From an uncultured archaeon (GTDB lineage Archaea > Iainarchaeota > Iainarchaeia > Iainarchaeales > JAAZKV01), in contig CAZKBG010000002.1 of the NCBI GenBank assembly GCA_964551375.1, forward strand, positions 64,962 through 96,961: DNA of 32,000 nt. Reading direction: 5' to 3'. The translations under genes and the position numbers were made by a program. Under the pieces are notes generated by a model. The model did not search any database, had not been told where the DNA came from, and saw nothing but the letters and a program-made list of their open reading frames with translations. Shown here piece by piece: positions 27,281-32,000 of the stretch; the stretch's first letter is position 1; each line of letters starts with the position of its first letter.

Positions 27281-29806
27281 ATGCTTCTTGACGCAACTTA
27301 TTTTGATTCAAGCGAAAAATCTGAAATTGCATTGTACTGCTTTGACGGCAAAAGCCATTACTGGGTAAAAGACACAAACTTTCTGCCCTACTTGTACATC
27401 TTATCTTCAAAAGCTGATGTTAAGAGAACCGCAAGCGAAGTGCTGAATTTGACATTCGGCTCTGAAGAAAAGTTCAAGGCAAAAACTGCCTCACAAACGG
27501 AGCTTATCTGCAAAGGCAAATCAGTTATAAAAGTTGAATTTAACAAAGTCTCCCAGCTTGTTTTAGCAAGAAAAACATTCTCCGAAGCAGGATATGAAAA
27601 GCATGAATATGACATTCAATATTCAAAAAGATATTTGCTTGACAAAAGACTTGAGCCGGGAAACTGGGTTGAATACACTGTTGTTTCTGAAGAAAAAACT
27701 GCTGAAAAGAGCGCATCTGCCAAAGATTTAGAAAATAAAACTGCTGATTTTGAAAGCGAAGACGAAGAAGGGGTTTTGAAGCTCCCAGTTGAAGGAAAAA
27801 TTAAGGTAATCAAAGATGCGCATGCAATTGACGGGGAATTTATCGGCAGAGCAACTGCGTTTGATCTTGAAACAAAGATGGGCAAAAAGTTTACTATTGG
27901 AATTGAGCCAATATTAATGGTTTCAGTAGTGGCAAATGATGTGGGGTTAGCTTCGTCAAAGCCAAATTATGAACGAGTAATGTCCTACGGCACCGCAAAA
28001 GTTCCAAATCTTGAAATGCTTAAAGATGAAAAAGAGCTTGTTGAAAAAACAATAACTGAACTAAATCACGATAATAGTTTTATTGTAACTTATAATGGGG
28101 ATAATTTTGATTTTGCTTATACAAAAGAGCGCGCAAAGAAATTCAAGCTGGATTATTTGGTAAATGGAATATCCCCAAGGACTATGCGAAAAGGAATTGA
28201 TAATGCAGTAAAGTTAAGCGGAGTCCAGCATATAGATTCATTTCAGATAATGCGATTTCTTCAAAGAACAGGCGCAGTGAATGTATCCAAACTTGATATT
28301 GAAAGCGTTTCAGAGAAAGTATTTGGGGAATGGAAAGAAAAAGTCCTTCCTAAAGAAATTACCGAAGCATGGGAAAGTAAGGATAAGAAAAAACTTGAAA
28401 GGCTTGTGGATTACAACTTGAAAGATTCAAGAGTTGCATTAAAAATTGCAAAAGAATTTCTTCCATTGTTTGTGGAAATATCTAAACTAACTTCCCAAAC
28501 GCTTTACGAAACAACAAGAAACACCACTTCCCAAATGGTTGAAGATTTGCTCCTCAAGGAAGCTCATTATCGCGGAATAGTTGCGCCAAACAAGCCGAAA
28601 GAAAATGAAGTAACTCAAAGAACAATGAATCCAATTAAAGGGGCATTTGTAAAAGAGCCCTTAGCAGGGCTTCATGAAAACTTAGCAGTGCTTGACTTTG
28701 CCTCGCTTTATCCAAGCATAATAATAAGCCATAATATTTCTCCTGATACCTTGAACTGCGCTCACGAAGAATGCAAAAAAAATGTTTCTCCAGACGGCAC
28801 ATGGTTTTGTACATATGAAAGAGGGTTATTCCCGCAAATACTTGAAAGCATGCTAAAGCAAAGACTTGTATTAAAACGCGAATACAAACGCAAGAAAAAA
28901 GAAGATGGAATTGATGATAAAGTTTTATTTGCAAAACAATGGGCGCTCAAAATTATTCTAAACTCGGTTTATGGATACTTGGGGTATCCAAGGGCAAGAT
29001 GGTACTCAAGAGAATGCGCAAGCGCAACAACCGCCTGGGAAAGAGATTATATTCACAAAACTATTACAAAAGCTGAAAAAGAGGGATTCAAAGTATTATA
29101 CGGCGACACTGACTCTGCATTTATTTTAATGAATAAAAAAACACGTGATGAAGTAAAGGATTTTGTTGAAGGAGTGAATAAAGAGCTTCCAGAAGATATG
29201 GAGCTTGAAGTGGACGGGTTTTATAAAAGAGGAATATTTGTGACAAAAAAAGAAGGAGGCGCGGCGAAGAAAAGATACGCATTAATGGATGACAAGGGCG
29301 CGTTAAAAATTGTCGGATTTGAATATGTAAGAAGAGACTGGTGCATGCTTGCAAGAGAAACCCAAAAAAAAGTAATAGAACTAGTGCTAAGCGAAGGAAA
29401 ACCGGAAAAAGCGGTTGAATATGTAAGAAATGTAATTAAAAATTTAAAAGAAGGCAAAGTGGAGAAGAAAGAATTAGTAATAATGACAATTCTTCAAAGA
29501 GAGCCAAAAGATTATGATTCAATCGGCCCTCATGTTGCGGCTGCGGAAAAAGCAATTGCGCGAGGAAAAGAACTTGGAGTGGGCTCAATGCTGAGTTTTG
29601 TTATAAAAAAACCAACCAAAGGAAAAGAAAGCATTTCAGAAAAAGCAGAGCTTGAAGAATATGTGAGCGAAGGCGATTATGATGTTGATTACTATCTTGA
29701 AAACCAAGTAATTCCTGCCGTTATAAAGATACTTGCAGAACTCGGATATTCAAAAGAAGATTTACTCACAGGCGGAAAGCAGACTGGATTAAGCGCATGG
29801 GGTTGA
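27281..29806 (+). CDS. polB: Family B (archaeal) DNA polymerase with 3'-5' exonuclease
   Basis: Exo I FDLET, Exo II YNGDNFDF and Exo III YNLKDSR are present. Pol motifs are LDFASLYPSIIISHN (A), KIILNSVYGYLG (B) and YGDTDS (C). The ORF track starts at 27245; in-frame ATG 27281 (MLLDATYFD) is the likelier start. Confidence 0.95.
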   Translation: MLLDATYFDSSEKSEIALYCFDGKSHYWVKDTNFLPYLYILSSKADVKRTASEVLNLTFGSEEKFKAKTASQTELICKGKSVIKVEFNKVSQLVLARKTFSEAGYEKHEYDIQYSKRYLLDKRLEPGNWVEYTVVSEEKTAEKSASAKDLENKTADFESEDEEGVLKLPVEGKIKVIKDAHAIDGEFIGRATAFDLETKMGKKFTIGIEPILMVSVVANDVGLASSKPNYERVMSYGTAKVPNLEMLKDEKELVEKTITELNHDNSFIVTYNGDNFDFAYTKERAKKFKLDYLVNGISPRTMRKGIDNAVKLSGVQHIDSFQIMRFLQRTGAVNVSKLDIESVSEKVFGEWKEKVLPKEITEAWESKDKKKLERLVDYNLKDSRVALKIAKEFLPLFVEISKLTSQTLYETTRNTTSQMVEDLLLKEAHYRGIVAPNKPKENEVTQRTMNPIKGAFVKEPLAGLHENLAVLDFASLYPSIIISHNISPDTLNCAHEECKKNVSPDGTWFCTYERGLFPQILESMLKQRLVLKREYKRKKKEDGIDDKVLFAKQWALKIILNSVYGYLGYPRARWYSRECASATTAWERDYIHKTITKAEKEGFKVLYGDTDSAFILMNKKTRDEVKDFVEGVNKELPEDMELEVDGFYKRGIFVTKKEGGAAKKRYALMDDKGALKIVGFEYVRRDWCMLARETQKKVIELVLSEGKPEKAVEYVRNVIKNLKEGKVEKKELVIMTILQREPKDYDSIGPHVAAAEKAIARGKELGVGSMLSFVIKKPTKGKESISEKAELEEYVSEGDYDVDYYLENQVIPAVIKILAELGYSKEDLLTGGKQTGLSAWG

Positions 29807-29912
29807 AGTTTTTTTATAAGTAAAGTGTATATACTACCGCAAAGACAAAGACCAGAGGTTAAACTTGCTCCGCTAAAGTGAGTTTAAAACACTTGCTAAA
29901 TAAGGTTATTTT

Positions 29913-30812
29913 ATGGAAACGAATGTTTTGAATGCTTATAAAAAAGCGGCTGGTATTTGGCGAAGCGCAATTGGAGTAGCGGAGAAAAAAGCGCAGGAAG
30001 GAGTTCTTCTTTTTGATTTGGCTGAAGAAGTGGAAGCATTTGTAAGAGCCGAAGGGGCAGAAAGCGCATTTCCAATAAATTTAAGCATTAATGAAGAAGC
30101 AGCGCACTTTACTCCAAAATGGAATGACTCCCTTGAACTAAAAGCAAGCGATTTATTAAAAGTTGATATTGGGGTAAGTTTTGACGGATACATCTGCGAT
30201 GGGGCAGTAAGCGTGAATTTAGACAATACGCACGCAAAGCAAATTGAAGCAAACACGCTTGCGCTTGAAAATGCAATCAGCGTAGCAAAATTTGGAAAAC
30301 CAGTTGAATTAATCGGGGCTGAAATTGAAAAAACACTAAAATCAAAAGGGTTTAATCCGGTGTATAATCTTGGCGGGCACGGACTTGGAAGAAATGATAT
30401 TCATTCATCGCCAAGCATACCAAATCATGCAGGCGGGAGCAGCGAAGGACTAAAAGAAGGCGCAATTGCAATAGAGCCTTTTGCTTCAACCGGAGTAGGG
30501 CATGTTGCTGAAGTGCAAAATGTTGAAATATTTGCGCTAACCGATAAAAAAACAGTTAGAAATAATTATGCAAGAGAAATAATTAGAATTGCGGCAAGAT
30601 ATGAAGGAAGACCATTTGCTGAAAGATGGATACGAAAAGAACTTGACACTAAACTTAGCGGGTTTCAAGTAACAATAGGGCTAAAAGAGCTGATGAAGTA
30701 CGGCTGTGTTACTGCATTTCCCGGGCTGAAAGAAGCAAAAGGCGCGATGATTACTCAAGTTGAAAAATCTGTTCTAATACTTGAAGACAAAACAATAGTG
30801 CTTGGCGAATAA
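29913..30812 (+). CDS. map: Methionine aminopeptidase, type II (archaeal)
   Basis: 'AFPINLSINEEAAHFTP', 'KVDIGVSFDGYICDGAVSV', 'NLGGHGLGRNDIH..PSIPN', 'AIEPFAS' and C-terminal 'QVEKSVLI' match the MetAP-II metal ligand and fold motifs. Confidence 0.95.
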   Translation: METNVLNAYKKAAGIWRSAIGVAEKKAQEGVLLFDLAEEVEAFVRAEGAESAFPINLSINEEAAHFTPKWNDSLELKASDLLKVDIGVSFDGYICDGAVSVNLDNTHAKQIEANTLALENAISVAKFGKPVELIGAEIEKTLKSKGFNPVYNLGGHGLGRNDIHSSPSIPNHAGGSSEGLKEGAIAIEPFASTGVGHVAEVQNVEIFALTDKKTVRNNYAREIIRIAARYEGRPFAERWIRKELDTKLSGFQVTIGLKELMKYGCVTAFPGLKEAKGAMITQVEKSVLILEDKTIVLGE

Positions 30813-30857
30813 CTTTTCAACTAAAGGCTTAAATTAAGCGCGAACTAGGTTATACTT

Positions 30858-31481
30858 ATGCAAAGCAGTGTAAGCCGAGACATGGTGTTAAGAGCAAAAA
30901 GAAAATTTGCCAAAAAAGAGCTTGCGCGCAAAAGAAAAGAATCTCTTTCTAATGCACGAAAGTTGACTACGGAAAATCTTGCGCTTCGGCTTAGGGAATC
31001 TGCATCCAAAAAAGTTCGAAAGATTAAGGGCGGGGGGATAATAATTTCTCATAGCGGAAAAAAAATGTTTCTCTCGCTTAATGACGGGCAGAATATGCTT
31101 GCAAAGGCGGACATAAGCGTTCATGTTCACGGACTTCAATTAATTGCGGCAATTGACCAGATACAAGGGGTATTTGGAAGAAAGAAAGAGCTTGATTTGA
31201 TAAAATCAGCAAATAAAAAACCGTGGAACATACTACTTGTGACAATGGCAGTTGAGGCTGCAAAAGAAGCTGGATTTACAAAAGTTTTACTTAGGGATAT
31301 AACTACAAGCAGGTTTTACCGAAAGCCAAATGTTCCGTTCCATTCAATGATGCCATCTGAAGTGGTGGTAAAATGGCAGCTGGAAAAAAGAGCCGCAATG
31401 GAAAGATTATACAAAGCAACTGCAAGAGAACTTGGATTTAAGGAAAAAGAAGGGCATTATTATTCAAAATTGTTAATTTAA
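30858..31481 (+). CDS. Conserved-looking hypothetical protein (207 aa), basic N-terminus
   Basis: Long ORF directly downstream of map. Lys/Arg-rich N-terminal helix, then an alternating alpha/beta-like region; family not recognised. Confidence 0.7.
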   Translation: MQSSVSRDMVLRAKRKFAKKELARKRKESLSNARKLTTENLALRLRESASKKVRKIKGGGIIISHSGKKMFLSLNDGQNMLAKADISVHVHGLQLIAAIDQIQGVFGRKKELDLIKSANKKPWNILLVTMAVEAAKEAGFTKVLLRDITTSRFYRKPNVPFHSMMPSEVVVKWQLEKRAAMERLYKATARELGFKEKEGHYYSKLLI

Positions 31482-31505
31482 CTAATTTTTAATTTAAAAT
31501 AAGTT

Positions 31506-31522
31506 ATGCCCCCGCAGGGAAT
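31506..31522 (+). repeat. 17-bp direct repeat copy 1 (ATGCCCCCGCAGGGAAT) identical to the 3' end of the tRNA-Arg gene
   Basis: Exact match to 31588-31604, offset 82 bp. Confidence 0.9.
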
Positions 31523-31548
31523 GCGCTCGACTGTTGTTGAGGCAACTC

Positions 31549-31565
31549 GCATTGCTGTGCAATGC
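31549..31565. repeat. Small inverted repeat GCATTG-CTGTG-CAATGC lying between the two 17-bp repeats
   Basis: Perfect 6-bp arms with a 5-nt loop. Confidence 0.5.
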
Positions 31566-31587
31566 TCGTTCGAACCCTTCTATTTGC

Positions 31588-31604
31588 ATGCCCCCGCAGG
31601 GAAT
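31588..31604 (+). repeat. 17-bp direct repeat copy 2, within the 3' end of the tRNA-Arg gene
   Basis: Exact match to 31506-31522. Confidence 0.9.
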
Positions 31605-31661
31605 CGAACCCTGGTCTCAAGCTCCGCAAGCTTGCATACTAATCCACTATACTACGAGGGC
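31589..31661 (-). tRNA. tRNA-Arg(GCG)
   Basis: The minus strand folds as a cloverleaf. Acceptor GCCCTCG/CGGGGGC, D-arm GTAT..GTAT, anticodon arm CAAGC-TTGCGGA-GCTTG (anticodon GCG), T-arm CAGGG-TTCGATT-CCCTG, discriminator A, no encoded CCA. Confidence 0.93.
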
Positions 31662-31686
31662 GGTATCAAATTAATTCCCAGAAACT

Positions 31687-31696
31687 CTTATAAAAG
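31687..31696 (-). promoter_or_regulatory. Putative TATA box for tRNA-Arg
   Basis: CTTTTATAAG on the minus strand, about 26-35 nt upstream of the tRNA 5' end. Confidence 0.45.
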
Positions 31697-31923
31697 TCAA
31701 TTCAAGTAGTTGGAGGGATTTTTTTTATAAATTTCAGCTTTTTTCAAATCACACTCTTTTTCTTGGACAATAACAACCTTTATAAACAAAGAAGTGAGTA
31801 ATTATTTTATGAACGCAATAAGTGAGTGTATTCATCTACTTTAAATCCAAAACTTATAGCGTTAGCTCTGCAAGACAGAATAAGAACAATTTTAATCCTT
31901 CTTGCGAAGCATATATTTCAGAT

Positions 31924-31996
31924 GGTTGGGATCGTCCAGTAGTTAGGATAGGAGACTGTGGATCTCTTGACCCGGGTGCAATTCCCGGTCCTGACC
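31924..31996 (+). tRNA. tRNA-His(GTG) with encoded G-1:C73
   Basis: G(-1)-GTTGGGA/TCCTGAC-C73 acceptor, D-arm GTCC..GGAT, anticodon arm GGAGA-CTGTGGA-TCTCT (anticodon GTG), T-arm CCGGG-TGCAATT-CCCGG, no encoded CCA. Confidence 0.88.
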
Positions 31997-32000
31997 TTTC

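Noticed and set aside
27245-27281. Upstream ATG 27245 as the polB start
   Set aside because: The added 12 residues (MYCMQKERKEKA) look like untranslated/leader sequence; ATG 27281 gives a typical archaeal PolB N-terminus. Both are in frame, so this is only a preference.
31506-31709. 67-aa ORF across the tRNA-Arg region
   Set aside because: It overlaps a well-folded tRNA gene and the 17-bp repeat, so it is almost certainly non-coding.
1-32000. CRISPR array, transposase/IS element or integrase gene
   Set aside because: No regularly spaced identical repeats and no ORF with integrase or transposase motifs were seen. The only tRNA-associated repeat has no element in it.

Overview
The window looks like archaeal chromosomal DNA. 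Evidence: a family B DNA polymerase, a type II methionine aminopeptidase, TATA-like boxes close to start codons, and tRNA genes without encoded CCA. The lineage cannot be proven from this window; a DPANN-type archaeon is only a guess. The first ~27 kb is an unusual locus of giant membrane-anchored surface proteins. It holds a 5'-truncated giant (>=1595 aa), a polytopic membrane protein with a beta-sandwich tail, and giants of 2757 aa and 2538 aa. Five tiny membrane proteins follow, then two minus-strand coiled-coil proteins flanking a plus-strand protein. That protein resembles a HerA/VirB4-type ATPase but has lost the P-loop lysine and the Walker B acidic pair. The two complete giants share an N-terminal 'KWYAFWDxVD' + TM module, paired internal Gly-zipper hydrophobic segments and a conserved Cys/Trp-rich C-terminal module. 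All three giants end with a C...(W)WN-like signature. The best candidate for a previously undescribed system is this locus, possibly an envelope-spanning secretion, adhesion or DNA-transfer-like apparatus; the function is inference. The right end is ordinary housekeeping (polB, map, a hypothetical, tRNA-Arg(GCG), tRNA-His(GTG)). Two details stand out there: a 17-bp duplication of the tRNA-Arg 3' end, and a tRNA-His whose conserved G18-U55 elbow pair appears replaced by A18/G55. No CRISPR array, transposase or rRNA was seen.
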